Source of the DNA: Octopus vulgaris
Taxonomy: Eukaryota
NCBI GenBank assembly: GCA_951406725.2
Contig: OX597815.1
Span: 88,846,001 to 88,910,000, forward strand
Direction of reading: 5' to 3'
DNA: 64,000 bases
The position numbers and the translations under genes were made by a program. Of the stretch, positions 11,846 to 25,051 are shown in pieces (positions within the stretch are counted from its first letter, which is position 1; each line of letters opens with the position of its first letter). The notes beneath the pieces are model-generated. The model saw only the letters and a list, made by a program, of their open reading frames with translations. It was not told where the DNA came from and searched no databases.

Positions 11846-13684
11846 ACTCATGCACACTCACATTCATATATATCCATTTATATAAATATATGCTTACGTA
11901 TATATATCCACACATACATACACACGCACAACTGTTTGATAGGTCCCATGCAACATAAAATCCTTCCGTTTAAGGTAAAATTGCTTTTATCGTAATTCGA
12001 CATAATAAGAAACATTATCACACACACGAATATATATATATATGTAGATGATAGCAGATTTTAGTGTATATTTATAGAAGAGGAAATATATATATTCATA
12101 TCTGAGAATTTTATACCTTCATGAAGTATGTTTCTATCTATCAACACTGATAATTCTTCATACCTCAAAGAACATTTAAGTTTTGTTTGAGCCTGCTTTC
12201 TCTTGCCAAATAAACTCTCGTACTTCCTCAAGTATCACTGCATTGATCTACTTTCAAACGTTTCTAACGTAATTGAATCAGTCGTAAATGTTCCCTATAT
12301 ATGAGCACATATTTCTAAAAGTGTTAGGTGTTTATCATCGTATTCCTGGTTGATACTTATAAATAAACCATATTCTATTTTGTTATGACAATGTTAACAA
12401 GTCTAAGATTAATATTGCGATAACGTGTGTCATTGGCTTGATGATTACGATCAAGGGTTGAATGTTTAATTGGTAGTAGCTGGGGTCGTGAGTGATCGTG
12501 ACATTCAGATTGTTCTCGATTACATTAATGGATTAAGGGAAATAACTAAAACCAAGATCAACACAGTCAGAAACTCGGTTTAGTGAGGAACTTCGTAAAT
12601 ACACAGTATGTATTGTAGTGTCTTGAGTTTAAAGCACCTTCAGTCAATCGTGGGTGCAGCGTGGTGACAAACACCATTGTCTTTGATACTTTTATACATG
12701 TCGGAACCCATCCCTATCAAGCCGTCGCCACAGACATTTATTCCCAGAGAGATATAGAGAAAGAGAGAGGTGGAAAGAAAGTGGGAGAAAAGAGCAAAAT
12801 CTAATCTAGTATAGGACTAGTATTATATTTATCAGTTTCAGAAAGATGAAAGTCTAAGTCGATGCTGACATGATTCCAACTCAGAGCACCGAGTACAGGA
12901 TCAATTTAAAATAACATCCATTAAATGCAGAACGAAAAGAGGAACGAAGTGCTGCCAAGCATTTTGCCCTGTGTTTTAGATTCACCAGCTCGTCGCCTTG
13001 GACGTCTTCTAAATATCAATACATATTTTATAGGATGCAGATAAAAGAAATCAGTGTCAGCATTATAGAAAACTGAAACCTGAAAGTGTGGAGTCGAAAT
13101 TAATTAGAGTGTGCGTATGTGTATGTGTGTACATACATACATACATACATACATACATACATACATACATACATACATACATACATACATACATACATAC
13201 ATACATAGTGGATTTTTAGTACTGGCGCGAGACAACTGACTTTTGGAGAAGGTAGAGCTGATTAAATCTACACCAATATTTATTTTGTACTGCATTTTAT
13301 GGACATCAGAATCACAGTATATAATGTTGACTCCGGTGGAATTTGAAAGCTTTTAATATATGACTGTAAAAATACTGTAAGTTATTTTATCTGTCGTTGT
13401 AAAAGTTCTGACAATCCACTAACTTAATACTTGTATAAAATTGATTTCTGTTATAAGGCCTTACAGAACGGTAAAGTCATTGGTATTTTAATCCATTCCA
13501 CTACTTGATTGTTATTATTTTATCAAACCTAGAATGACGAACAATCGACCGTCGCAGGTTTGAAAAACGGAACCTAGTGAGATGTAAGTAAATACCATGA
13601 ACTACTTGAAGGCATTCAAACGTTCTGAATTTACACGTGATGTTCATTAATTTTCAAAAGCGAGAGATAGCTAAATCAATGGAG

Positions 13685-14092
13685 TGGAGCACATAAATGG
13701 TTGCGTAGTATGAAGTTTTCGTCCCAATCACGTGGTTCAAGATCCAGTCCCACTTCGGGACAGGTTTGGAAAAGGTTTTCTACTAAAGCCTCCGACCGAC
13801 CGAGCTGATTTGGCTGATGGAAACCGAACGAAGCCTAGGTGAGTGTGGGTGAAAGTGTGTGTGCTTTGTGCCTGTGTTTGCCTCCCATCCAAATGCTTGA
13901 TAATGTGGTGTTGGTCGGTTTATGTCTTCGGAACCTAGCAGTTCTGCAATATAGACCGATACAATAAGTTCCAGGCGTCAATGTATATATACATATAAAA
14001 TAAATACTGCGGTCGATTTGGTATAAAATTCTTCATGGGGGTACTCCAGCATGGCCGCAGTCTAATGAGTAAAATAAGTAAAAGATAAAAGA
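13685..14092 (+). mobile_element. SINE family A, old diverged copy
   Basis: Colinear degenerate match, including CTCCAGCATGGCCGCAGTC..AAGTAAAAGA tail. Confidence 0.75.
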
Positions 14093-15736
14093 TATATGAA
14101 TATATCAATCATACTCAATGTATACTCTCTGTTGATAAGCGAGCTGCTACAATATTTCCCCTGGCATAACATCTGTTATGGACTTGCTATGTTAAAAACA
14201 ATGGCTATCAGAAAGAGACGAAATTCCTCCCTGCAGTGTCTAGCGAGAACACCACATGCATTTCAGACTTTTGGGGCCTTTTCAGGCAAACAAATGCTCG
14301 ATCGAGAATGTCATCTCAGACACAGGTAATGATGAATAAAACATATCTCAATGTATCATATTAGCGACTAATGAGAGTGCCAGATGCATTTTGGACATTT
14401 TTGACTTTTTCGTGGCGCTTACTCGCAGCGTGTCACATGCTCGAAAAATCCGTTACTGAAACAAATTTTCTTTCATCTGCCATATTTATTTTGTTTTTAG
14501 TACAGCAAATCCATTTCAGATAGTATATCGGGGTAAATACTACAGTAACTGGCCTATCGACTGTGTATGTGGCATAAGAATGGTGTGTATAAATGGTTAT
14601 TTTAATTAGATATATGTATATGTATATATACATGTGTGTATGTATGTGTTCGTGTGTGTATGTGAATGTAACATGACTCTGAGAAGGTTGTCACACGAGT
14701 GGTCGGTTCTGTGTGCAATGCTTCATTTAACAAACAGCTGTAATGACAGCGATTACGTAACTCCTGTTCTTTTGTCATTCGTTGACACACACACATACAC
14801 ACGCACAAACGCACATACAGGAGCACACAAACTTATATATGTATATGTATATGATATGCACACCACCAGTTTAATAAATACATACCTGTAAAATAGGAAA
14901 CAGACGAATGTGGGCACATGACCTATTTGGTTGATTACTAATCGCAGCAAAACGGCGCAAAAATATAGTGGCAGTCCAATGACTGAAACCAAGGAAAAGT
15001 GAGGAATGTCCATATATTTAAGAATAAATCCAAAGTTCTATAGTAGACAGTTAAAAAGAGTTTCATAGAAATTACATTAAGACTTTTCATTTTGGAGGCA
15101 CGTTCTCATTCGACGGTTTTAAGAAATTATTTGAATTTAAAAAAAGAAATGGATTTGCCCAACGACTTATCCTGATATCGAACATTGTTCAGTACGTGAA
15201 AGAGCTTCATACACCTCAGCATCATTCCGACAATAATTGTTGTGAGTAGAGTTAGCCAAAACACGCAAATATGATTTGGCGTAGGAAGTGTTATTGACTG
15301 AATAGAAATTTAGAATACATTGAGTGCAGAGGACATAAATATTTTCCCTAAGGAAATACTTGTCAGAAGCAACGTTGGATGCATATCAAAATAGTATGTA
15401 TACATATTCGTACGCCCATACATACATACATACATACATACATACATACATACATACATACATAAATACATACATATAGATAAGCACACACAAAACACAC
15501 ACATATGTACGGTTTACATATATGTGTGAGAAATTAATAAGACTTTATTTACAACACAGGATTCAATAATAATAAAAACTAAAGAAAAAGAGAAAAATCA
15601 CACAGAATATAATCTTAGTTTCGATATTGAAAGATTTAAAAGCATAAAGCAGAAACATACTGGATGAGTAAATTTTATTTTCAATAAACAACGAATGTCT
15701 AAATCAATATATATATATGTATATATATGTATATAT

Positions 15737-15777
<41 letters not shown>

Positions 15778-16151
15778 TGTATGTATATATATATATATAT
15801 ACATACATACATAGATATACATACACACATATATGTCTATTCATGAATGTGGGTGTATGTGTGTGTATGTGTGTGTACGTGCGTATATGATTGTATATAT
15901 ACAAGTCTAATAATGATGAGAATTAGCTGGCTAGCTGTAAAGTTTTCACTGTAAATTAATACATTTATACTCGGTATTTAAAATGTATTGAGTTCTTATT
16001 AAAATTTGGCTTCTTGTTCGTTTGATCTAGGATATGAGATACATATAGTCTTCCATATGTATATTTATATGTGTATATGTACGTATATACATATATACAT
16101 GTACATACATTCATACATACATTCATACATACATACATACATGCATACATA

Positions 16152-16211
<60 letters not shown>

Positions 16212-16213
<2 letters not shown>

Positions 16214-16699
16214 ACCCCCTTCCGTCACGAATGACCATGGGATTGCACCTAGAAAGTTACCCTCCGAGGCACAAGTCTGGGCAAGGTTGTTTATGGAAGG
16301 CCAGTAGTCGCACACGCATACCAGACTTCCCTCTCCACGCCACCGATGTTATCCAAGGGAAAGGCAAACGCCGATACAGCTTGGCACCAGTGACATCGCA
16401 GCTCATTTATTAACGTGCAAGTGGCCGAGCACTCCACAGACACGTGTACCCTTAACGTAGTTCTCGGGGAGATTCAGTGTGACACAGAGTGTGACAAGGC
16501 TGGCCCTTTGAAATACAGGTACAACAGAAACAGGAAGAAAGAGTGAGAGAAAGTTGTGGTGAAAGAGTACAACAGGGTTCACTACCACCCCTGCCAGAGC
16601 TTTGTGAAGCTTTAGGTGTTTTCGCTCAATAAACACTCAATCGTAACCGCGATCATATGACCGCGAGTCCGCTGCCCTAACCACTGGACTATTGCGCCT

Positions 16700-16701
<2 letters not shown>
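16212..16701 (-). mobile_element. tRNA-derived SINE family C with LINE-like 3' tail
   Basis: Minus strand begins GGAGGCGCAATAGTCCAGTGGTTAGGGCAGCGGACTCGCGG (tRNA-like head, B-box partly deleted); ends ..CCATGGTCATTCGTGACGGAAGGGGGTC; microsatellites on both sides. Confidence 0.75.
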
Positions 16702-16748
<47 letters not shown>

Positions 16749-16755
16749 TACATAT

Positions 16756-16810
<55 letters not shown>

Positions 16811-16812
16811 AT

Positions 16813-16926
16813 TTTATTTTATAGAAGGAGCTTCTACAGGACTAGAACTGTTTCATTCAAAAGAAATCATCAGAGCTTCCTGATGAAACAGTTCTAGTCC
16901 TGTAGAAGCTCCTTCTATAAAATAAA
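16813..16926. repeat. Perfect 44-bp inverted repeat built from a hammerhead-containing PLE-type terminal repeat
   Basis: Arms 16813-16856 and 16883-16926, 26-nt spacer; sequence matches 62057-62117. Confidence 0.92.
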
Positions 16927-17002
16927 TTAATTTACTCTGCTATGTATTGAGTACCTTATTGACTGTGGTTAACCCCGACTCAACCCGGGACCTATATATA
17001 TA

Positions 17003-17273
17003 TCTCTTATTATAAAAGGCAGATTTTATCTGCCTCCCTTTGGGAGTTATACAAATCTACAATATAGGATTTCTTCAATTACAATTTACCTAGCATTTTT
17101 GAGAGTACAATGCATCGCGTCATGCCAGGTCCAGTTTTTAAAATTTAAACTCCAATTAAGCAAAATTTACAGAAAACTCACATTCTGGTGTGTGTGTCAA
17201 ATGCTTTTCTTAGTCTGGTTTACACCACACGCAAACGCACACACACAGTGGGCAATGAATAAAATGAAAGTAA
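17003..17273 (+). mobile_element. Helitron 5' module A
   Basis: Starts A|TCTCTTATTATAAAAGGCAG after (TA)n; near-identical to 18782-19052. Confidence 0.75.
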
Positions 17274-17553
17274 ATAGCGACAGTGATTTGAGGAAGACTA
17301 AAGTGAAAGTATTCTGTCTATGACGCTGATAGATACATGAGTAAAATGTATGGGAAGCTAAGAGCTAAGAGTGAGTGAAAATGTTCTTGGAAGAGAGTAA
17401 TTAGTAATAAAGCATACATACATACATACATACATACATACATACATACATACATACATACATACATACATACATACATACATACATACATACACACACA
17501 CACATACACACACACACACATACACACACACATACATACATACATACATACAT

Positions 17554-17586
<33 letters not shown>

Positions 17587-17724
17587 TACACACACACACA
17601 ATCAGATACATTTGCAACACATCTGTTGAAAATATTATTGTTCACACACATACATATACATATATACATACAGACAGACAGACAGACAGATAGACACACA
17701 CACACACACACATGACCCAGCATG

Positions 17725-18130
17725 GCCACAACCTCAAGGATGAAACATATAAAAGAATAACAGAATATAAATGTGTGCAAAGTACAAGAAATATTAATGC
17801 AGTATATGGGGATTGGACAATAAGCGTAAGGCAGTGTCAATGGTGGTTCCAGAAATCCCGAGCCATAAACTACAGCCTAGAAGACGAGCCTCATCCTGAA
17901 AGATCTGTAGAACTCGACAAGGACATCCTGAAAACCCTGGTGGAACAAAATATCATCGTAACTGTTGAGGAACTAGCAGAGAAGCTTGGATTTGGTCATT
18001 CAACCATTCATTGACACCTGTGTGCTATCGGAAAAGTCAGCAAATTGGGTCAATGGGTTCCTCACGAACTTTCCGAGTCTAATTGCATGCAGAGAGTGAA
18101 TGTATGCTTTTCTTTGCTGTCATATCTCAC
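17725..18130 (+). mobile_element. mariner transposase N-terminal (HTH) pseudogene fragment
   Basis: RNINAVYG..WWFQK..SLEDEPHPERS..VEELAEKLG; after a stop, GKVSKLGQWVPHEL (mariner WVPHEL motif). Confidence 0.92.
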
Positions 18131-18149
18131 CACTACTGCGCTATGTATA

Positions 18150-18779
18150 TCTATATATATAAAACTGTAGTTGTGTGAGTGTCTGTCCCCTTCGATTTAG
18201 ATTCCTAACTACTCCCACATTTTGCGGTACAGTTTAACCAAATTCGGGTATCTTATAGTCGTGATTCATATCGAGCCCGTCTGAGTATTAGCGCGCGTCT
18301 ACGATGAGCCTACGATTTTAAAAATAATTTAACATCATTTTTTATTCCATTTTAATGCATAATTTTTCGTGTGTCGATGGCGGCGGAGTTGGCGTCCACG
18401 CTCACACCTGCACCTGTGGGGAAGGGAGTGTAAGGAAATCAACGTCGTAATGCGTTGTCAAGGAGACCAGTGTTCTTTTAGAACAACGACTTCATGGCTT
18501 GAAGACACCAAAACAGAAATGGCTAAGAAAGCGTCTACATGAGTCTACGACTTAAAAAAAAATTTACCATCGTTTTTTTCCATTTTAATGCATTTTTTCG
18601 CTATTATATAAGGGAAGTAACTCTCTAAAAATGTCTACGATGAGTCAACGATTTAAAAAAAAATTTACCATCATATTTTTTCCATTTTTAATGCATTTTT
18701 TTTTTGGCTATAACTCTCTAAAAATGCTTATATAGTTATTTCCCTTACAAACCCGAGCAACGCCGGGCGATACTGCTAG
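18150..18779 (+). mobile_element. Non-autonomous Helitron module B
   Basis: 5' A|TCTATATATATAAAA; 3' hairpin CCCGAGCAACGCCGGG (18752-18767) followed by CTAG|T at 18776-18779; internal repeats of GTCTACGATGAGTC..AATTTACCATC. Confidence 0.9.
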
Positions 18780-18781
18780 TA

Positions 18782-20273
18782 TCTCTTATTATAAAAGGCA
18801 GATTTTATCTGCCTCCCTTTGGGAGTTATACAAATCTACAATATAGGATTTCTTCAATTACAATTTACCTAGCAGTTTTGAGAGTACAATGCATCGCGTC
18901 ATGCCAGGTCCAGTTTTTAAAATTTAAACTCCAATTAAGCAAAATTTACAGAAAACTCACATTCTGGTGTGTGTGTCAAATGCTTTTCTTAGTCTGGTTT
19001 ACAGCACACGCAAACGCACACACACAGTGGGCAAGGAATAAAATGAAAGTAATTCACTTACTGTAGTGAGTGATTCTTTCACTCTGCCTCCCACTTCCTT
19101 GTATACACACATAGAAAAAACTTTTATTTTTTTACATAAGTAATGAGAGCGAAAGAGACTAAGAGAAAGCGATTGTATGACGAGGGAAGTTCCTTTGAAG
19201 TTACCGTGCATGGGACTCATTGATGTACATGTGTGTGTGTGTGTGTTTGATGGAGTGTGGGAGACAGACAGTATGTTGTGTAAGTGAAGTGCTTCTGTTA
19301 GTGTGTGTGAAGAGACAGAGAGTAATGTGTGAAAGAGAGAGATAACTGAAATTTTTTACTCGGTTTATGTGTATATGTATGTATGCATGTATGTTGTGTG
19401 TGTGTATGTATGTGTGTGTGTATGTATGTATTTATATATAAAAGAAAGGTTGTGTGTCAGTCTACTCCGATTTAGATTCCTAACTACTCCCACATTTTGC
19501 GATGCAGTTTAACCAAAACCGGGTATCTTATAGTCGTGATTCATATCGAGCCCTTCTGGGTATTAGCGCGCGTCTACGATGAGTCTATGATTTTACAAAT
19601 AATTTACCATCATTTTTTTCCATTTTAATGCATATTTTTAAAAATAAACGGAAGTAACTCTCAAACTTCACACCAATATGCGTGCTCATATGCGACGTAA
19701 TATCACATCACCAGCATTTCCTCACACCCTCCTTGCACTTGGCGAAGGCAAAATACCAGGGGATGAAAATGGTAATATTGCCATCGATTCCATTTGTACC
19801 ATTGTTAAGACGCCTTCTGATCTCAGAGATGCAGTGTTCCCAGATTTACAAGCTAATTATCAGAATATGGATTGGATTGGCAAAAAGGCTATACTGGCCC
19901 CGAGGAATAAAACTGTTCACCATATTAATGATGAAATGCTAAAACTCATTCCTGGGGAAGTCGATGTATATCAGTCTATCGATACAACTCCTGACCCAGA
20001 GGACGTCATCAACTATCCAATAGAGGTACTCAATTGCTTTGAGCACCCCGGACTACCACCACACTTTCTCAAACTTAAAGTTAGTGCCCCTATAATGCTC
20101 ATCAGAAATTTGGTTCCCCCAAAACAATGCAATGGCACACGTTTGGCGTTAAGTCCTTATCTCCCACCGTAAGCTTATTTCAATATTTGCCTGAATAATC
20201 ATCATAATTCAGTGCAATCATTAACAGTACTTTCAAGCAATTCAGCCCCGAGCAACGCCGGGCAATTCTGCTA
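18782..20273 (+). mobile_element. Compound Helitron (module A' + module B' with helicase fragment)
   Basis: 5' A|TC start; second degenerate 5' end at 19431 sharing ~190 bp with module B; same 3' hairpin CCCGAGCAACGCCGGG at 20247-20262, then CTA and (TA)n. Confidence 0.88.
19678..20172 (+). pseudogene. Helitron Pif1-family helicase fragment
   Basis: LLALGEG, KAILAPRNKTVHHIN, YQSID, YPIEVLN, GLPPHFLKLKVSAPIMLIRNL, CNGTRL. Confidence 0.93.
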
Positions 20274-20315
20274 TATATATATATACATATATAGTATATA
20301 TATATATATATATAT

Positions 20316-20440
20316 CATCAAAGTGGTGGAGGAGCTGTGTTAGACAATCTCTACCACAACGAAAACCATGCTGGCTGCAATCTAAATTATTCTTCTGTAG
20401 GAAATTACTTATTTTTGCTCTTACCAAACACACGCGCATA
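20316..20440 (-). mobile_element. CR1/Jockey-group LINE RT fragment
   Basis: FLQKNNLDCSQHGFRCGRDCLTQLLHHFDD matches the QHGFRxGRSCxTQL motif. Confidence 0.8.
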
Positions 20441-20479
20441 CATTTACAAATTTCTACGATGTTTTACTCAGATACAATT

Positions 20480-20692
20480 AAGTTTCAAATTTTGGTACAT
20501 GGTCAGGCAGGTCGGAGTAGAGAGATAAATCGATTACATCGACCCTAGTAATCAACTGGTACGTATTTTATCGACCCTGAAATGATGAAAGGCAAAATAA
20601 ACCCCGTCAGAATTTGAAACCAGAACATAAAGACGGACAGAATATCGATAAATATCTTGCCTGGCATGCTAAAGATTCAATTAGCTCGCCGC
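20480..20692 (-). mobile_element. SINE family B, alternative tail, diverged
   Basis: Reverse complement of GCGGCGAGCT..TTGCCTTTCATC..GGGTCGATAAA..TACCAGTT. Confidence 0.8.
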
Positions 20693-20886
20693 GTTTGATA
20701 ATAAATATTGAACATAGAATATTGTATGGAGATGAAATTCAGGATACATTTGTTTTTGAAATATGGTAGCTTATTTGCTTTGAATAATGAGTTGCTTATA
20801 ACGTGACCAGATATAAAAGGATGTGAATCATTGACTACGAACACGCAACATAATGCTAGGTATTCGAAAAATACAATATTTTCGTA

Positions 20887-20925
<39 letters not shown>

Positions 20926-22729
20926 CAAATGTGTAAACTTTGCATTAAACTTGTATATTCTCTATTTAACAATATGTAAAATTGATGTGTTAACAATATG
21001 TCTAGGATGTACTTTAAAAGAAAATGAATTATATATAGGGATTTGTCCATTATTTTTTAGAATTTGTTTTAAATATGTATCTGTCATGAAGTTGTTTGTG
21101 ATGCTTATTTACGTCAAGAGGGCGCAGGGTATAAAGAAAAGGGATTGGCAGCATGAATATGCTTTATTATTCTGATTAATGGTTCGGAAAGTTTATATTA
21201 TCATTAAGTAAATGATTTACTTTATAACGATTATTATTTGCTTCGGCTGGGATTATTTCGAGTTTTAAATATTTTGATTAGTTTTATTTCATTTATTTCA
21301 CGTTGTTGCTTTTAACACAAGAGAATATAAGAATTAAAGAAAAAAAGATTAAGAAGGTACATTTGTGTTTAAAGTATTTTTTGAACGAGCAAATAATATA
21401 TCAAGCAAAATATACTAAACAACAAGTTAACCCAATTCTTCATTCTTTCAGTAAATGATGAATATCTAAACTAAACAAAAGCTGTTCATTTCTGTTATTC
21501 CGGTGTTTAGGTTTCGGCGCTTACGTCCTTTATGTATGGAAGCTCACTGGCGCCAATTGCCTGGCAATGCATGTTAGTTATAAAATGTAAAATAATCGAC
21601 ATCATTTCAAATAAACAAGGAAGTAACGAAATTACAACATCAACACGAACAGTAATGAAAAACAAACAATAATAAAATTGAGATATACAAACGAAAAACA
21701 ATAAGCAAAAAAAAAAACAATGGCGCAATAAAAACAAGTTTGATATAATTTTTCACACTATTTCATTGACTATTTACATTTATTAATTATAGATATATCA
21801 TGTTATTTTCCATGGAATACTAGAAACATGGTGGCTACAAAGTCATTTGCTTGTTAACAATGCAAAATAGATAAATAAAATGAATAAATAAAATATAATA
21901 AATAAATTTAAAAAATACTGTTGCCGAGGAAAAAGCATTTCGTTTATTTTATATATCAGAGAAATTTTGTCTCTTTTTGAGGAATAAACTAAACACCCCA
22001 AATTTAGTGGAGCCAAATATTCCGTTTGATAAATAATTGCTATAGCATTTCGAGTTGTGGATTGACAACATTACAGTCTCATGAAACTCGATACTTTTAA
22101 CCGTTTCTACTCTCGCAATAATAACTGAGACTAGAGAAACACATTAATAGAGCTTAATTTCATCCCTCATGAGTTCGAATCTTGATCAATTCGATCTTAC
22201 TTTTCATAAATTTGTAGCGTGTTAAACTTAGTAATTCTAATACATCACATTTGATTTAATTGAATTTACTCCCACAGTATATATATATTTACCATCTTTT
22301 GTATTATCAACTGGACTGGCTACAGTGGCATTGTTCGATCGATATCTTGATGTAGAGCTGTTAACATTTAAAATCTATCAATGTTTTAGTATTTTTCTCG
22401 GTCTTTGAGTTCGAGTAATGAAGGATAATTGCTAAGAAAGAAACAACATGCCCGTGGCTCGGTTTTGATGCAGACAACGGAAGAGATGAAACTTTATGAT
22501 ATATTAACCATGTCAATCTATTAGTGATACCAAATTCTGATAACTAAGATGCAAAACAAACTTCCTGTCTAGGCCTTTCGGGCGAATAACAACAGCAATG
22601 ATAGAAAACTAATAAGCGGCTGTTTACATGTGAAATTTATCAAGAACAGTAAAATTAACTACGCCTTCATTTCATATAAGTCAGTATAAAAGTAGTAATG
22701 ACAGTAGGAGGAAAATTATTATTATCATC

Positions 22730-23275
22730 GTCTTTTGTGGGACGAATACGGTATCAATTTGAAAACCAAAATAAGTGTATACAAATTTTGTATCTTAAGT
22801 GCATTATTGTATGATACAAAAACATGCACTCCCTACTACGGACATATAAAGAAACTTAAAACCTTTTACGTACGCCGCCTGCGCAATATCTGTAATATAA
22901 AACGGCATGGTAAGATATCCAATGTCAAAAATTTAGAAAAATGCGATATCTACGGTATCAAAAGTAAGTTGTCGAGGATGCGGTGCAGACTGCTATACCG
23001 GAGTGGATGTTACACCACTCCGACGCTGGATTACAACAGTGGCGATGAGAGGTTAACAAACTCATGATGAATTAACAAACTCACGAGGATTAAACAAACT
23101 TACAAAGAACTAGGTAACTCCGGTATCAAAAGTAAGTTGTCGAGGATGAGGTGTAGACGGGCAGGACATGTTCAAATGCAAAATGGATCGCACTCCGAAA
23201 ATTCTTTTGTATGGCCAACATGTAGAGCAATTCCGTGGTAAAGAAGGCTAAGGTATAAGGATCGTGCGAAAGTTA
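22730..23275 (+). mobile_element. RTE-clade LINE fragment (post-RT region), interrupted
   Basis: INLKTKISVYKFCILSALLY..RRLRNICNIK..; resumes after an insert with RAGHV..RTPKILLYG-like sequence. Confidence 0.8.
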
Positions 23276-23318
23276 TTGCCTAGTTCGATCTTTAAATATT
23301 TTTCACTTTGTTTTACTT

Positions 23319-23367
<49 letters not shown>

Positions 23368-23836
23368 GTATGTATGTATATATGTGTGCATTTATATATA
23401 TATGTATGTATGTATGCATGCATGTATGTGTGTGTGTGTATATGTATATATGTATGTGTATGTGTGTGTAAGTATGAGTAATACAAGATGTGGATTCAGA
23501 AAATCTTGGCTGTCATGTAAGGATCATCTTACAGACTCGACTATCAGTCCACATAGTATACAATTACAAAGAAATGTAATGTAGAGAATCCTTGTCAATG
23601 AAAATCCAGAAACTACGAGTGATGAAATTATTTCATGAAAATATAAACTCAGGTGGTATGAGAGGTGGATATATATTTATATAGCTACAAGACTTCGTAG
23701 TTAAATGCATATATATCTATCATACTTCGTAGTTAAATGTATATTTATCTGTCATACCTCTCATACCTCCAGACGTTATGTTTTTATCTATGCATATATG
23801 TATATCTATGTCTATAAATGTATATGCAGCAATATA

Positions 23837-24646
23837 TACAAGGTGCATACAGAAGGTTTCGGACCTTTTTTTAGGATAGACATTTATAGTTGACGAGATT
23901 ATTGTAATTTTAGCATATCATTACTTTACATCTAATAAGCTGACCGGCCAAAATTTTTATTACAGATTGAAGGAGACGGCTGTAGCAGCATTTTGAACAC
24001 ATCCTATTAAACACTATTTGTCACAGCTGGCTAGTTTGCAGAATGCAGTCGGGACGTAAAGAAAATTTGGAAGCTAAACTAGGCAAACATACAACAGAAA
24101 CTTGTGAAATGCTCCAAACTGCTCGTAAATTAACCTGTGTATGCGGATGATGTGGGAGGAAGGGAGACGTTACAGCATTAGATATTTGAAAAATTTCGCA
24201 AATTTCCGGATGAAGACCGTTGTGCGTTTATAAAGATAATACGCATACTGTCTCGAGTTGGTGCGCAAAATTTGTACAAGGTTTGTTCACAGGGTGTCCA
24301 GTGACGAAGAGAAGAAAATACGTGTTAATGACCAGAGAGAGGTGGTTGAGATCATTACCTCCAATTCCAGATAACTTGAGTCTCCCGTAACCGGTGACGA
24401 AAAGTGGATCTACTATGATGATCTTGCTCTCTGTGACTTTTGATTCTTCTCCAAGCTGAGGATGAAGTAGGCTGTGACAAGGGTCCCGGACACACTCACT
24501 TTCAGTGATTTCCATGCAGAGTTCACGAAATGGGTGGAGCGCTACAAGTGTAGTGAAGTTACTTCTAAGAATATTAGAGTTTTGTACTTTTAAATTAATA
24601 TGTGTCTCCTGAAAATAAGTCAGAGACCTTTAGAATGCGCCTTGTA
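23837..24646 (+). mobile_element. Internally deleted mariner element with both TIRs
   Basis: TA-bounded imperfect TIRs (TACAAGGTGCATACAGAAGGTTTCGGAC vs reverse complement TACAAGGCGCATTCTAAAGGTCTCTGAC); VTGDEKWIYYD motif near 24387-24420. Confidence 0.88.
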
Positions 24647-24673
24647 TAAATACACACACATATTGTTATGCGG

Positions 24674-24733
<60 letters not shown>

Positions 24734-24849
24734 GTGGTATGTAGTAATCGTTACAAATAATGTGACGTAGGAGGTCGAGAAATCGGCGATGTCGGTCATA
24801 GATAGTCGTGTCATCCTTTGATGATAAAGGTAGTGAAAAATTATATATA

Positions 24850-25014
24850 TGAGTGGCTGTGTGGTAAGTAGCTTGCTTACGAACCACATGGTTCTGGGTT
24901 CAGTCCCACTGCGTGGTACCTTGGGCAAGTGTCTTCTTCTATAGCCACGGGCCGGCCAAAGCCTTGTGAGTGGATTTGGTAGACGGAAATTGAAAGAAGC
25001 CCGTCGTATATATG

Positions 25015-25051
<37 letters not shown>

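Noticed and set aside
17712-18130. SETMAR-like domesticated transposase
   Set aside because: In-frame stop, no catalytic domain, no SET exon seen
19678-20172. Host PIF1 gene
   Set aside because: Partial, and enclosed within Helitron termini
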